A stretch of DNA of 64,000 bases from an uncultured Methanoregulaceae archaeon (GCA_963705255.1 OY970061.1:800001-864000), one strand, 5' to 3'. Counted from the first letter of the stretch, positions 21,999 to 33,155 are shown. Translations and numbers: made by a program. The notes: a model not told the origin generated them from the sequence alone.

Positions 21999-23084
21999 CT
22001 AACGCCGACTCCACACTACAATCCCAAAAATCAGAAAGATTGCTCCGACCGGGGCAAACTGAAGCGGGGATGCCGGGGTCTGGTCCTGGAGTGGAGAGGA
22101 GGTTGAGGCTGCCTGTGCCTGCACTGCTGAGGGCCCGGAGAAGGACGCCCCGTTCGCGGTCCCGTTCATACCCGAATCACTTACCATGAACGGGATCTCG
22201 GTAAAGGTGTCATCACCATTATGGGGGTCACTGAACGCAGCAGTGAGTGCCTCTGCCGCATCGTTGCCCTGCAGGTTTCCCGGGCCGGTGATCCTGAAGA
22301 GGTTCGTACCATTGTCAAGTCGCATGCTGCGGACGTAATCCCCGCTGACATCTATGTCGAACGTGGTGTTCTCCATCGGGTGCTGAACAATCAGGAAGTA
22401 CTGGCCGCCTGAAAAGTTACTGGTGACCTCCCGGGGGACTTCATACCTGTACGAAGCATCAGAGCTGACGGATACCCTTGACTTTGTGTAATAGTTCCTG
22501 CCAAGGGTCCAGATCTGGACCGTTTCGGGATTTCCCTCCGCAAATCCGGAGACCGTAAAAGGCTGTCCCGGTGAAATGGATGACGGGGAGATCCCTGCCG
22601 TTATGAAGGGTTTTTTCAGGATAATCCCGACATTGGCAGCGTCGGGACCCAGCTGGTCTTTCGTTTTCGGCTGGCTCACGGCAAAGATGGTATACGTCCC
22701 GGCATCCACCGGGAGATTGGCGGTGTAGTAGTCATATTCCCAGCTCTTATCCGGTTTTGTTTTCACTACCGTGAATGAGTCCGGGTTTCCGCTGACTACA
22801 GCCTGCAGGGGTGAGGTAAGTTTTCCTCCGGCACCGGGGATGCCGGGTCCGGTTACGAAGGTGCCGGGTCCGGTTATAAAAAGGTATGTGGTATCCGAAT
22901 CATAATTATGGCCACTCAGGACCACCATTTCTCCGAGGTAATATGACTGGTCCCCCTGTGCGGCAATGGTAACTCCCGTGTCTGCAGATACGGGGGATAT
23001 CATCAGGACTGCCGCACCTGCTATGATAAGCAGCAGGATCATCTTCCAGGACCCGGACGGGTCGTTGCTGGTTTGTTTGGACAT
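21999..23084 (-). CDS. Cell-surface (S-layer-associated) protein with C-terminal sorting-like signal
   Basis: Signal peptide, YFLIVQHPM..FDI motif, Pro-containing motif plus TM plus RR tail. Confidence 0.78.
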   Translation of the reverse strand: MSKQTSNDPSGSWKMILLLIIAGAAVLMISPVSADTGVTIAAQGDQSYYLGEMVVLSGHNYDSDTTYLFITGPGTFVTGPGIPGAGGKLTSPLQAVVSGNPDSFTVVKTKPDKSWEYDYYTANLPVDAGTYTIFAVSQPKTKDQLGPDAANVGIILKKPFITAGISPSSISPGQPFTVSGFAEGNPETVQIWTLGRNYYTKSRVSVSSDASYRYEVPREVTSNFSGGQYFLIVQHPMENTTFDIDVSGDYVRSMRLDNGTNLFRITGPGNLQGNDAAEALTAAFSDPHNGDDTFTEIPFMVSDSGMNGTANGASFSGPSAVQAQAASTSSPLQDQTPASPLQFAPVGAIFLIFGIVVWSRR

Positions 23085-23085
23085 A

Positions 23086-23107
23086 TGTAAATGTATGCAC
23101 ATTTACA
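23086..23107. promoter_or_regulatory. Palindromic operator TGTAAATGT-N4-ACATTTACA
   Basis: Perfect inverted repeat between a TATA-like TTTTATAT (minus strand) and the start codon; near-identical copy at 26390. Confidence 0.75.
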
Positions 23108-23378
23108 ATATAAAATTATTCTAAACTCGGGTTTTATCCTGTAACTCTCTCAAAAGGAACTGATAGAGTCGCAGGTATCTGCCGTCTTGATCTCTTTTCT
23201 GCAGAGCAGGTAAAGCGCGAGGAAACTCACATGAAGAATTGAGAAAAGGACTCCTGTACAGGCACTCGTATCGTTCGGATGGGTCTGTTCTCTTTTTAGG
23301 ATTGGTGTCGGGTGTATTTTTCCAAAACACCATTTTTTACTACGGGGTATCTACCAGCGGGGGTCAGGGACTGAAAAA

Positions 23379-24533
23379 TTATGCAAATGAGTCCGTTTCA
23401 GCGGATCCGGGCATGTGCCCGGACTTTGCAGAGGTGTAGAGGTCCCGTGTTGCTATCCCCCCAACCGTTGCCGCGACAAACGCAAGGCCGGACAGGGCAA
23501 GAATGTACAGGAGGCCGGCAGCGATCCACTCATTACCGGGGCGCCAGGTCAGATCGAGTGCGACAATCCCGGCTGCCAGCTGGAAGAGGAGGAATGAGAG
23601 AAAGGCAGTGAACACTACCGTTCCAAGGCCAAGAACGCAGGCAGCCACTTCACCCCATATGTTCTTCATCAGGGTAAACGATCCGGAGACCGCCTCCTTC
23701 AGGCGCTTCCTCTCGAGCACGAGCAGAGGTACTACAAACAGGGTCAGGACGAACAGGAGTGCGTTGATCGCTGAAAGGATCAGGGTGGATACGAACGCAA
23801 ACTCAATTCCATTCTCCCCGCCAGGCAGGTTTGCAACGTAGAGGTCCGGGTAGAGGATGTAGTTGAAGGGGATCTGGTTGAGCACATTGAACAGGAACTG
23901 CCAGATGGCCGACCAGATTGTTGAGATCATAGTGAAGGGCTGGAACCACGCTGAGTCCAGCGGATAAGAATTCTGTCCGGCGATATAGAGCAGATTGCCT
24001 GCGTCCGGGCCGGCAGTGAAGATCAGGGTGCCGGCGAGTGCCACGACCACGGACCACCCGGTAAGAGGTCTTGTGTATTTCTTTGCCCTGGTGAGTCCCT
24101 GAAAGAATGAGACAGGACCACCTTTCTCCGGAGAGAGGCTCAGGACAAGGCCCGCAAGTAAGAATACCAGGCAGAACGCCGTTGGGAACTCTATTGTAAA
24201 TGTCAGGACAAGTGGTTGGAGTAAATCGGGTCCATAGGAGGGAAAGGGGTTGAGAACGAAGAGCATCCACTGGGCGATGAGGTGCCCGGCCAGCACGAGT
24301 CCGACCAGGAGCGAGAACCAGAGGAGCTGTCGGTTATGGATGAGGGTTTTCGTGCCTGAGAGGGCGGCCCCGATTCCCCGCCGGATCGTTCCCGGTCCGC
24401 CGGCACCGCCATCCGGGCGGCCCTCATGGGCTGGTTCAAGTGGATTACCAATACCTGCCTGCGAGGCACGGACCACCGGTGCTTTCCGGCACAGGCCGAG
24501 CCAGCAGTCTGAAACAGTTGAGAGAAATGTCAT
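23379..24533 (-). CDS. Polytopic membrane protein (paralog 1)
   Basis: MTFLSTVSDCWLGLCRKAP; GGAGG upstream; highly similar to 24530..25942. Confidence 0.8.
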   Translation of the reverse strand: MTFLSTVSDCWLGLCRKAPVVRASQAGIGNPLEPAHEGRPDGGAGGPGTIRRGIGAALSGTKTLIHNRQLLWFSLLVGLVLAGHLIAQWMLFVLNPFPSYGPDLLQPLVLTFTIEFPTAFCLVFLLAGLVLSLSPEKGGPVSFFQGLTRAKKYTRPLTGWSVVVALAGTLIFTAGPDAGNLLYIAGQNSYPLDSAWFQPFTMISTIWSAIWQFLFNVLNQIPFNYILYPDLYVANLPGGENGIEFAFVSTLILSAINALLFVLTLFVVPLLVLERKRLKEAVSGSFTLMKNIWGEVAACVLGLGTVVFTAFLSFLLFQLAAGIVALDLTWRPGNEWIAAGLLYILALSGLAFVAATVGGIATRDLYTSAKSGHMPGSAETDSFA

Positions 24534-25942
24534 CCTCCACTCTCCCTGACCTTTGCAGAGGTGTAGAGGTTCAGTGCTGCAATCCCCCCGACCGTTGCCA
24601 CGACAAACACAAGGCCGGACAGGGCAAGAACGTACAGGAGGCCGGCTGCAATCCACGCCTCACTGGGGTGCGTGAACGAAGCGTTCATTGGGCCGGCAAC
24701 CCACCACACAATATCAACCACGGAAAACCGGAAGAGCAGGAACGCGAGCGAGGCAGCGAATACTACCATTCCAAGGCCCAGAACGCAGGCCGCCACTTCA
24801 CCCCGGATGTTCTTCATCAGGGTAAACGATCCCAAAACCGCTTCCTTCAGGCTCTTCCTCTCAAGCACGAGGAGGGGCACTACAAACAAGGTAAGGACGA
24901 ACAGGAATACCGTGATTGCTGAAAGGATCAGTGTACACTCGAGCGCCCAGCTGAATAGCCACTCACCCCCGCCAGGAGGCAGGTTGGGAACGTAGAAGGA
25001 CGGTACGAGGACGAAGTTGAAGGGGAACGTGTAGCGCACGGTAAACAGGAAATACGCGAGTTTAAAGTAGAGTGCCGAGACTATATTGAATGGCTGGAAC
25101 CACGTCAGCTCATAGGAAAACATGCCGGCGATAAAGATCAGAGTGCCGGCGAGTGCCACGACCACGGACCACCCGGTAAGAGGTCTTGTGTATTTCTTTG
25201 CCCTGGTGAGTCCCTGAAAGAATGAGACCAGACCGCCTTCCTTTGAAGAGAGGCTCAGGACAAGGCCCGCCAGTAAGAATACCAGGCAGAACACCGTCAG
25301 GAGCTCGATCGCAAATGTCTTGACAAGCAATGAGGGTATACCGGCATGGTGAGGATCAACGAAGAGCAGCCACCGGGGGTTGCGAACGAAAAGCTCCCCC
25401 CGTGCGATGAAGGGATGAACGAAGAGCTGAATCCCTGCGAGTGCCGCGACCACGGATCCCCCGGTAAGAGGTATCAGGTATTTTTTTGCCATCCTGAGTC
25501 CCTGAAAGAATGAGACCGGACCGTCTTTCTTTGATGAGAGGCTTAATGCGAAGCCCGCCAGTAAGAATCCCAGGCAGAACACCGCCAGGAGCCCGGCCAC
25601 AAATGTCAGGACAAGCGATGGGAGGACAGAGTCGGCATCTTCGAAGAACAGCCACTCTGGCAATACGCTGAACCCCGCCTGGGCGATGAGGTGCACGGCC
25701 AGCACAAGTCCGACCAGGAGTGAGAACCAGAGGAGCTGCGGGTTATGGATCAGCGTTTTCGTACCTGACAGGGCAGCCCCGATTCCCCGCCGGATCGTTC
25801 CCGGTCCGCCGGCCCCGCCTTCCGGGCGGCCCTCATGGGAGGGTTCAGCTGGATAACCAATACCTGTCTGCGATGCTCGGAGAACCGGTGCTTTCCGGCA
25901 CAGGCCGGACCAGTGTTCAGCAATTTCAGATACCCGGGTCAT
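24530..25942 (-). CDS. Polytopic membrane protein (paralog 2) with internal duplication
   Basis: Repeated ...FCL.FLLAG..LSLSSK..G.VSFFQGL..AKKY..PLTG.SVV.ALAG segment. Confidence 0.8.
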   Translation of the reverse strand: MTRVSEIAEHWSGLCRKAPVLRASQTGIGYPAEPSHEGRPEGGAGGPGTIRRGIGAALSGTKTLIHNPQLLWFSLLVGLVLAVHLIAQAGFSVLPEWLFFEDADSVLPSLVLTFVAGLLAVFCLGFLLAGFALSLSSKKDGPVSFFQGLRMAKKYLIPLTGGSVVAALAGIQLFVHPFIARGELFVRNPRWLLFVDPHHAGIPSLLVKTFAIELLTVFCLVFLLAGLVLSLSSKEGGLVSFFQGLTRAKKYTRPLTGWSVVVALAGTLIFIAGMFSYELTWFQPFNIVSALYFKLAYFLFTVRYTFPFNFVLVPSFYVPNLPPGGGEWLFSWALECTLILSAITVFLFVLTLFVVPLLVLERKSLKEAVLGSFTLMKNIRGEVAACVLGLGMVVFAASLAFLLFRFSVVDIVWWVAGPMNASFTHPSEAWIAAGLLYVLALSGLVFVVATVGGIAALNLYTSAKVRESGG

Positions 25943-26388
25943 GGGGCAGGCTCCCTGATTTTTGTGAGTAATTCTTCAGCCATTTTTGTCGGGTCGGCAG
26001 TTTTCTCAATTTTGATCCCGAGTTCTGAAGCGAAATCCCAGATAAACTCAATGCACCTGGCGTACTCGTCGCACGACCCGCAGTCGCCGTCATGCTCGTA
26101 CCAGACCTGCATGCCGTGCTTCTCCGAGACGAAGATGTATGCATTGGTCTGGAACGGGATGGACCGTCCGAACAGGACTCCCCGTTCCACATCGATCTTC
26201 TCGATCTGGATCCGGTTCGCCTGCGCCATCTCCCGCAGCGAGGCATCGATCTTCTCGTCAATCGCGCGGAGTGCCTGCGATACTCCCTGCCGTGTAATGC
26301 CCAGCTCGTTTGCAATGGAGATATTCTGCATCCCGCTGCGACGCATCTTCCAGAACCCGAATTGTTTCTCGTTCGTGGGAAGGAACAT
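25939..26388 (-). CDS. HTH transcriptional regulator with Cys motif
   Basis: IANELGITRQGVSQAL HTH; CGSCDEYARC. Confidence 0.82.
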   Translation of the reverse strand: MFLPTNEKQFGFWKMRRSGMQNISIANELGITRQGVSQALRAIDEKIDASLREMAQANRIQIEKIDVERGVLFGRSIPFQTNAYIFVSEKHGMQVWYEHDGDCGSCDEYARCIEFIWDFASELGIKIEKTADPTKMAEELLTKIREPAP

Positions 26389-26389
26389 G

Positions 26390-26411
26390 TGTAAATGTAT
26401 GGACGTTTACA
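26390..26411. promoter_or_regulatory. Palindromic operator TGTAAATGT-N4-ACGTTTACA
   Basis: Same motif and spacing relative to ATG and TATA as at 23086. Confidence 0.75.
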
Positions 26412-26724
26412 ATATAAAATTATGCGTGGTTGGCGGTCGAACGGTTCCCGGAGGGGGGTGGAAGCAAATCGCTATTACCGCTGGAGGAGGGGTCTGTGTT
26501 TGGGCGGGCGATTATTACCCTGAGGGCAGTAAGAGCTGGAGAAGGACGAAGTCCTTCGACTGGCGAAAATTTAGGGGGCGGATGGGGTTTGGGAGGTGGC
26601 GACATGGAAAAACAGCCGCTTTTCCTCAATGCTCGGATCGGGCCGAATGCCGGGAGGATCACCGGTTCTCAATTGAGTTTTACCATCACCGTATGCATAT
26701 CTCATAAGATGGCAATAGTACGTC

Positions 26725-26965
26725 ATGCACAGTCCCCTGACATTCACCACGCATGCCAGGATCATGATGCAAGAGTGGATGACACAGGAGGACTGGGTTC
26801 CGGACACCGTGAACAATCCCGACAACAGTGAAGTGAGACGGGATGACGAGAAACATTACCTGAAAAGGATTCCGGAGGCCGGGGAAAAAATCCTGCGGGT
26901 GATCGTAAATCCCACTGCTTCTCCCCCCCCGCGTTATCACGATGTTCTTTGACAGGAGAGTGCAG
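26725..26965 (+). CDS. DUF4258-like (RelE-fold) putative toxin, probable frameshift in C-run near 26925
   Basis: FTTHAR..M, YLKRIPE.G.KILRVIVN; expected VITMFFDR is in another frame. Confidence 0.6.
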
Positions 26966-26967
26966 CC

Positions 26968-27168
26968 ATGAAAGTTACCGTTGACAAAGAAGCAGACGCA
27001 CTGTATATGCGTCTTTCCGATACCCGCATCCATGACTCGGAAGAGGTGAAACCCGGCGTTATTCTTGATTATGACGACAAGAATAACCTCGTCGGGGTAG
27101 AGATCCTCCGGGTGTCGGAGCGGGTTCCGTCTGCCACCCTGAAATCCGTCCCGGTCGAATCGGCGTAG
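26968..27168 (+). CDS. DUF2283-like putative antitoxin
   Basis: DKEADALYMRL, ILDYD....VGVEIL. Confidence 0.85.
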   Translation: MKVTVDKEADALYMRLSDTRIHDSEEVKPGVILDYDDKNNLVGVEILRVSERVPSATLKSVPVESA

Positions 27169-27202
27169 TCAGGAGACCTGAAGAGCTCCGGTTGAGGAGA
27201 AC

Positions 27203-27445
27203 ATGAAGTGCGTCATCTGCAGGCATGGCGAGACCAGAGAGGGCACGACAACCGTCACCTTTGACCGGGACGGGATGACCCTTGTCGTAAAGGACATCCC
27301 CACCCAGGTCTGCAAAAACTGCGGCGAGGATTACGTGGACGAGCATGGTGCCCACGAGATCCTTGCAATCGCGGAACGCATGGCCAAGAGCGGGGCGCAG
27401 GTGGATGTCCGAAGGTACGTTCCCGGGCCGGCAATGCCATGCTGA
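27203..27445 (+). CDS. YgiT/MqsA-type zinc-finger protein
   Basis: MKCVIC..G, VKDIP..VCKNCGEDY. Confidence 0.85.
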   Translation: MKCVICRHGETREGTTTVTFDRDGMTLVVKDIPTQVCKNCGEDYVDEHGAHEILAIAERMAKSGAQVDVRRYVPGPAMPC

Positions 27446-28129
27446 TCCGGTCTCTTTTTTTCGCGCCGGAATTTTTTTTGTCGCGATCCTGTACGAGGCG
27501 AATTTTTTCCGGTCCGGTCTTAAGTTGAGCCGGAATTTTTTTTGGCTCACTGGGAGATGAGGCAAAAATATTTTTGGAGCGTACGGAGTTGGGCCGGAAT
27601 CCTTTTTGGAGAAGTTAGGGGGAGTGGGTACCCCCTCCACAGAACCGGAAGGGGGGGGAGATGGTACCCACCCCTCGCGCTGAAAGAGGGGGAGGTACCC
27701 GAAAAGGAGATGATAAACCCGGCAGGGTTCTCAACCGTAAAGTGGTCCAGAGCGTCCCTCTCCCGCCGCGGCTATGTTCCAAATCACGTGCCCTTGGTTA
27801 CCTGTCCATTGTAACATCGCTAAACGTGACCTCCCCCATTCCCGCCGGAAAACACGGAATTATTCCGGCCCGGATTCCGCGTTTTTCCGAATTATGACCT
27901 CTGCAATCAGGAGGTTGAGGGAAAAGAGGTACAACCGGGCCCGCAGCGGGCTCCGGAGTACCAGAATTCCTTCAGGGGTTTTCTGGATGTGACAGGTCAT
28001 CAGCAGCGAAGGTCGGCTCCGCCTCCCTTCGAAGTTCGGTCTGTGACCTAATTTCTCATCGGCAAGGTTTTTGCAACCTCGCCGACTTCCATCCTCAAGG
28101 TCCCTATGGACCTTTCGGAGCCTGGAGCA

Positions 28130-28184
28130 GGAGAATGTCGAATGTCATCAGACATGAGACAGGAGAAGAACGTAGTTCTTCGAC
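28130..28184 (-). repeat. REP-like palindrome with extended tail
   Basis: Reverse complement reads GTCGAAGAACTACGTTCTTCTCCTGTCTCATGTCTGATGACATTCGACATTCTCC, near-identical tail at 54929-54967. Confidence 0.85.
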
Positions 28185-28456
28185 CGAGTCCGCAGGACTC
28201 TTCGTCGGGGATAACCGCTCCCTCCGACGGCGGATCCCTGCCCGGGTACGACGTGGAGGCTCAGGTTTCCAGGTCTTCCGGGTTGGGTAAAAGCCTGACA
28301 CGATCAAAAAAAATTCGAGCTCGGTATGGTCGGGCCGGTTACCGGAAAATTTCCGGCCCGCATGCAATCCTCCGTGAAAAATCCCCCCCAAAAAATTTAC
28401 AAAAATTCGCAATGAAAAAATTAAAAAAAATCGTTTTAATTTGATCCCTGCATTCG

Positions 28457-28654
28457 TCAGGAGATTTCCATACCCAGAACTCTGGTTCTGTACCATACCC
28501 CGAGTCCGCTTGCTATGGCAAAAAGAATGACGATAACGATGGTGAGGGCGGGCTGACTGTCAGGATGCACCACCATATTGATGTATATCACCAGTCCCTC
28601 CAAAAGGGTAAGGCCGACTACCATCAGTGGTAAGTTATGCTGCTTTTGCGTCAT
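28457..28654 (-). CDS. Small two-TM membrane protein
   Basis: 65-aa ORF with two hydrophobic segments. Confidence 0.6.
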   Translation of the reverse strand: MTQKQHNLPLMVVGLTLLEGLVIYINMVVHPDSQPALTIVIVILFAIASGLGVWYRTRVLGMEIS

Positions 28655-28820
28655 GCAAACATTAAACTACAATATATATGCTAATGTTAAAGACTTGGTT
28701 ATTTATTCCCGTCCTGATGGTGACGACATTAATTCAGCACATATGGTATAAGTCACAGGGAAGATCAAAATCTCCTTTTCCTTAAACACCGTCAACAGTG
28801 TGCTATTAAAAAAAAGTTCA

Positions 28821-29006
28821 CGGCCGTTCACCCGATCGTCTGTCCCGACACAACCGGTTTCCCATCGCGGTCGATCCCGGCCAGCGAGTCCGCCGTGACC
28901 AGGAAGAACCGCCATGTCCCGTACTTTGACCGGAGCCAGAGCCCGGCCGTGATGGCCGCATCCCGGGCAATGATCCGGAGCCGGGCGATCTCGTCTTTGA
29001 AATCAT
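28821..29006 (-). pseudogene. Duplicated 3' fragment of gene 29844..30215
   Basis: About 185 bp closely matching 29838-30022 (…LRIIARD…LRSK.GTWRFFLV…). Confidence 0.75.
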
Positions 29007-29616
29007 CCGTTGAGCGCTGCCAGGGCGCGGAGGAATGGCCCGATGAGGGTGATGACGCCCGCGAAGAAGATCAGCGAGAGCACGGGCGGGATGAGCGCGA
29101 CCAGGACTGCCCTGCCGGTCGACATCTCCTGGTTCTCCCGGATCCCGATGACGATCAGGATATAGGTCCAGACGCCCCCGACGATGCTGATTATGGGGAT
29201 CCATCCCAGGAACATAACGGGGGTAAAGGCGTACATGATGGTCTTCAGGGTCTGTACCAACCCCTTCTGGCCGCCGAAGAGGAGCACGAATACGTGGATC
29301 TCGAATCCCTGGATAAAGACGATGAAGAGGAGGAGGATGAAGAGGAAGACGGGCAGCCACAGGATGTAGGTCTCCAGGAAGGGCCCGAATGCCTGCATCA
29401 GGCGAATGCCGCCGCCCGGGAGCGTTCCGCCGGATGCCTTGAGCCCGTTGCCGCGATGGATGCCGCGATGAAGGCGAAGAGAATGACGCTGTAGATGACG
29501 ACGAGGCGGACATAATACTGGTACGCGCTGTTCAGGCTCTCCCCCTGCGTTGACCGGAAGGTCTCGGCGGGTTTCAGGATAAAACCTTTCACGTTCTCTG
29601 CAAAGGATCCTGTCAT
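29003..29616 (-). CDS. YIP1-family membrane protein, frameshift near 29398
   Basis: GFILKPAETFRS, LFGGQKG..QTLK.IMYAFTP, STGRAVL. Confidence 0.75.
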
Positions 29617-29843
29617 ACGGGAGTTATGATACCCTCCGGCCTGATATACATTCTCCCCGCACGAAGAGATGAGACCCCCGGATACCTCAAAATCTTCCGC
29701 CACCGGTTCCGGGCCCCACCCGCGCCGGCAAGGCTGTTCTCTCCAGTTTGACCCGGATGCGTTCAGCGTGGATTGATCAACGGCCAATACGATGACGCTG
29801 CCCGAAAATCATCCTCTCAAAAAAATCAGAATTTTCCGGCTGT

Positions 29844-30215
29844 TCACGCAAGCGTCTGTCCTGACACAACCGGTTTCCCATCGCGGTCGATCTCGACCAG
29901 CGAGTTCGGTGTGACCAGAAAGAACCGCCACGTCCCGTGCTTTGACCGGAGCCAGAGCTCGGTCGTGATGGCCTTATCCCGGGCGATGATCCGGAGCTGG
30001 CCAATCTCTTCCTTGAAATCATTAGCAAGCTGCTGGATGGTCGCGAGGATCTCCGGCGCGAACATGACCCGGGTGAATGTAACCGGTATCTTCGATACGA
30101 TTGCGATGTCGAAGACCCGCTCCGGCCCGCTCATCGCCATCTGGATCACGCCACGAGCCTTGGCGATCGGGATCGCTTCTTCGAGCGCCCGGTGCGGGCG
30201 GGGGCCGTGGCTCAT
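29844..30215 (-). CDS. Conserved-looking hypothetical protein
   Basis: MSHGPRPHRALEEAIPIAKARG; GGAGG upstream. Confidence 0.7.
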   Translation of the reverse strand: MSHGPRPHRALEEAIPIAKARGVIQMAMSGPERVFDIAIVSKIPVTFTRVMFAPEILATIQQLANDFKEEIGQLRIIARDKAITTELWLRSKHGTWRFFLVTPNSLVEIDRDGKPVVSGQTLA

Positions 30216-30725
30216 GCCGGCCTCCCCATGCAGTTTGTTGTTTCTCTCATGGTTTGTTTCACCTCCTTGTTTTTCTGTTCCTGCGTCATCGGGCCCCGTG
30301 ACATCAATCTCATAGGTCTGGATGCTTTAAGCGCTTTTATTATAGCGCGATTTTTCCGGAAAACGGAGCGCGGTGCGAGCGTCCCGAAAGAATCGGGACT
30401 TGGTGCCCGCTTCTTTTGAAGGTACATAAAATGTTCCTCCGGCGGGCACTCCATTTTCAGCTTTCTGTCCAGTCCTGCGTTTGTCATCAGTGTCCCTTCG
30501 AAGCTCGGTTGATGCCTCCCTTCTCTTCCTCCAGGTTCGAAGAACAATGTTCAGGAGAAGATTCCGATCTTCTCCTGCTTCAGGTCTGATGACGCTGAAG
30601 CATTCTCCTGTTTCGAGTCTGAGGACTCTCAACATTCTAACGAACCTGTCGGATTTGACATAATGTATGAGACTGCCAGAGGAAATGGGCTTGGCTGAAT
30701 AAATTTTCCGGAGGGAAATCCGGGG

Positions 30726-31650
30726 ATGCTAATCATGGATTGGGAGGGAACGGGGCGCGGATTGGGGAGATCGGATTTTGCAAAAATGGGAGGGGGCCGG
30801 GGTTTCTCTGCTGCAAACCTGAAGAATTTCCGGCAGTTTTACCTGGTTTTCCATAAAGGGTTCCGCGAAGGGGAAATTCCCGGAGAGGAGATCTGCTACA
30901 CAGTGTGTAGCGAATTGAGCTGGTCGCATTACCGCCACCTGATGCGGGTGGAGGACCCGGATGCCCGCGGGTACTATATCCGGGAGACCGTCAGCCAGAA
31001 CTGGACCGTCAGGACACTCGAACGCCAGATCGATTCCCTGTCCTACGAACGGCTGCTCGCGAGCCGGGCGGGGGAAACTGCCGGCCGGAAAAAGCCGGAG
31101 CGATCCAGGTCCTCCCCCCAGCAGCCGGAAGAATTTATCCGGGACCCCTACGTGCTCGAGTTTCTGGATATCCCTGCTTCAGCCGGCTTTTTCGAGCGGG
31201 ACCTTGAGCAGGCACTGATCGACAAACTCCGGCAGTTCCTCCTCGAGCTGGGAAAAGGGTTCTCCTTTGTCGGACGCCAGTACCGGATCAGCACGGAGAC
31301 CTCCGAGTTCTTCATCGATCTCGTATTTTACCACTATATCCTGAAGTGTTTCGTGCTCATTGACCTGAAGACCGGCAGGCTGACGCACCAGGACATCGGG
31401 CAGATGGACATGTATGTGCGGTTGTTCGAAGACCGGATGAAAACAGAAGGAGACGGTCCCACGATCGGGATCATCCTCTGCACGGAGAAGGACGAGACGG
31501 TTGTCCGGTATTCGGTGCTGCACGAGAGACCGCCAGCTCTTTGCATCGCGGTATAAACTCTACCTGCCGAGCGAACGGGAACTGGCCGACGAGATCGAGC
31601 GGGAGAAGGAGATTATGCGGCGGCCAGCCCTGGACCAGCCGGGGACGTGA
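30726..31650 (+). pseudogene. YhcG/DUF1016 PD-(D/E)xK nuclease family, N-terminus degraded and frameshift near 31527
   Basis: LSWSHY, IRDPYVLEFL, LELGKGFSFVGRQ, IDLKTG.L.HQDIGQMDMY. Confidence 0.85.
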
Positions 31651-32010
31651 GCGGCTGAGCGGACGGGTCTTCCGGGTCAATGCGGGATCGTTGGGTGGGG
31701 TCCCCTAATGCGCTGAGAGGGGTGGGGGGGTCTCCCTCTTCGCGAAACCGGAAGGGGGGGGGAGGGGTACCTATGGTGTAAAGTGACATCGTGTCCTTTT
31801 TTTAAAATAAATCCATAGGTAAAAGATAACAAGATTGAAAAGTGGGATTAATCGTTTTAATTTTTAGACCAAACATTTCAAGATTTGATATTTTTCTTTT
31901 ATTGGGCGTTTTGTATTTTGGGAGAAATTGGGATATGATAAATATTCATCCACGAAGAAAGCATTTGGTCCAACGCCTCGTCTAATAAGTCCAACTGTTC
32001 GATTAATTTT

Positions 32011-32838
32011 TTATCGGTACTCTGTTTTCTTTTCAATAAATTCTCGGAATTCTGGGTACTTTTGGTAAATTTCATCTGGAAACGTTGAAAAATTAATTAA
32101 AAAATCTTGGCCAATATTATACGGATTTAAATCCGTTTTTGGATCTATTTTCCCATTTATTAAGAAAATAAATGCAATAAAATATGGAACTGTAATACCC
32201 TTTTCTTGTAAAAATGGTCTCATAATATTTCGAAAAATTGGGAGAGTCTCAGTGCTGATAAAGTGTATATACTCTCTCTCTTGGGTGTCATAATCTTCAA
32301 TATACTCAAATATTTTCTTAATATGCATTCTAAAAACAGGTTCTTCATAGTTTTCATTAATTTTAATAGCTTCAAATTTTGATTTAAAATACTCTGACGT
32401 TGTAGAGAATTGTTCGTCGGAAAAAAGTCTAAAAACTTTGACATGATTTAGGGTATAGTCATTTAACCAAACGTTTCGTTTATCCTGTATTTTTTGTTTA
32501 TGGTTTTTTACATCTTGTTCAAAGGGAACTAAAATATTTCTAGCAATCTCTTCGACTTTGGCAGATCTCCTTTCCAGAGAGTGTAATTCCAATTCCCTAG
32601 TAAGTAATTCTAAAGTTTCTTGATTTACTTCTAATATTTTTTCTGTGGTGAATGCATAATGAGAGTTCACTCTCAACAAACTTTCAGTTGTAATCGCGTA
32701 ATATGCTGTAATAATAACCAAAATTCCAGTAACTGCAACGGTAGCCCAAGCCGAATCTCTAATTATCGTTGCAAAAATTAAAAGAAAGATGAAAGACCAA
32801 CAAATAACTGAAAAAATAAACAATGTTGATTTTCTCAT
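32011..32838 (-). CDS. AT-rich hypothetical protein with two N-terminal TM helices
   Basis: 275-aa ORF, hydrophobic N-terminus. Confidence 0.65.
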   Translation of the reverse strand: MRKSTLFIFSVICWSFIFLLIFATIIRDSAWATVAVTGILVIITAYYAITTESLLRVNSHYAFTTEKILEVNQETLELLTRELELHSLERRSAKVEEIARNILVPFEQDVKNHKQKIQDKRNVWLNDYTLNHVKVFRLFSDEQFSTTSEYFKSKFEAIKINENYEEPVFRMHIKKIFEYIEDYDTQEREYIHFISTETLPIFRNIMRPFLQEKGITVPYFIAFIFLINGKIDPKTDLNPYNIGQDFLINFSTFPDEIYQKYPEFREFIEKKTEYR

Positions 32839-32912
32839 AACTCCCGCCAGTGAATAGCGTATCGATTTTTATAAGTTAAAGATTAGTATGGTTGGTTCTG
32901 CGAGGGAAAATT

Positions 32913-33134
32913 ATGTTTACAGAAGTAAACACATGTAACGAAAGACGAAGTGGTTTCCATCAGGCTGGAAAAACCCACAAAGAATTATTTCAACAGTTTA
33001 TGCTTTATTTCGGAAGTTCGGAGAGTGAAGTAATTCGAAACTTGGCTCTTCGATGGATCGAGAGCAATATCACAAACCCCAACATTGAAGACTTGGCAAG
33101 ACGTGGATTATTGCAACTAAAAGTTGAAAAATGA
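32913..33134 (+). CDS. Putative ribbon-helix-helix regulator upstream of kwaA
   Basis: FGSSESEVIRNLALRWI helix; DEVVSIRL strand lies in an adjacent frame, suggesting indels. Confidence 0.45.
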   Translation: MFTEVNTCNERRSGFHQAGKTHKELFQQFMLYFGSSESEVIRNLALRWIESNITNPNIEDLARRGLLQLKVEK

Positions 33135-33155
33135 CGAGGCAACTAAGGTATTATT

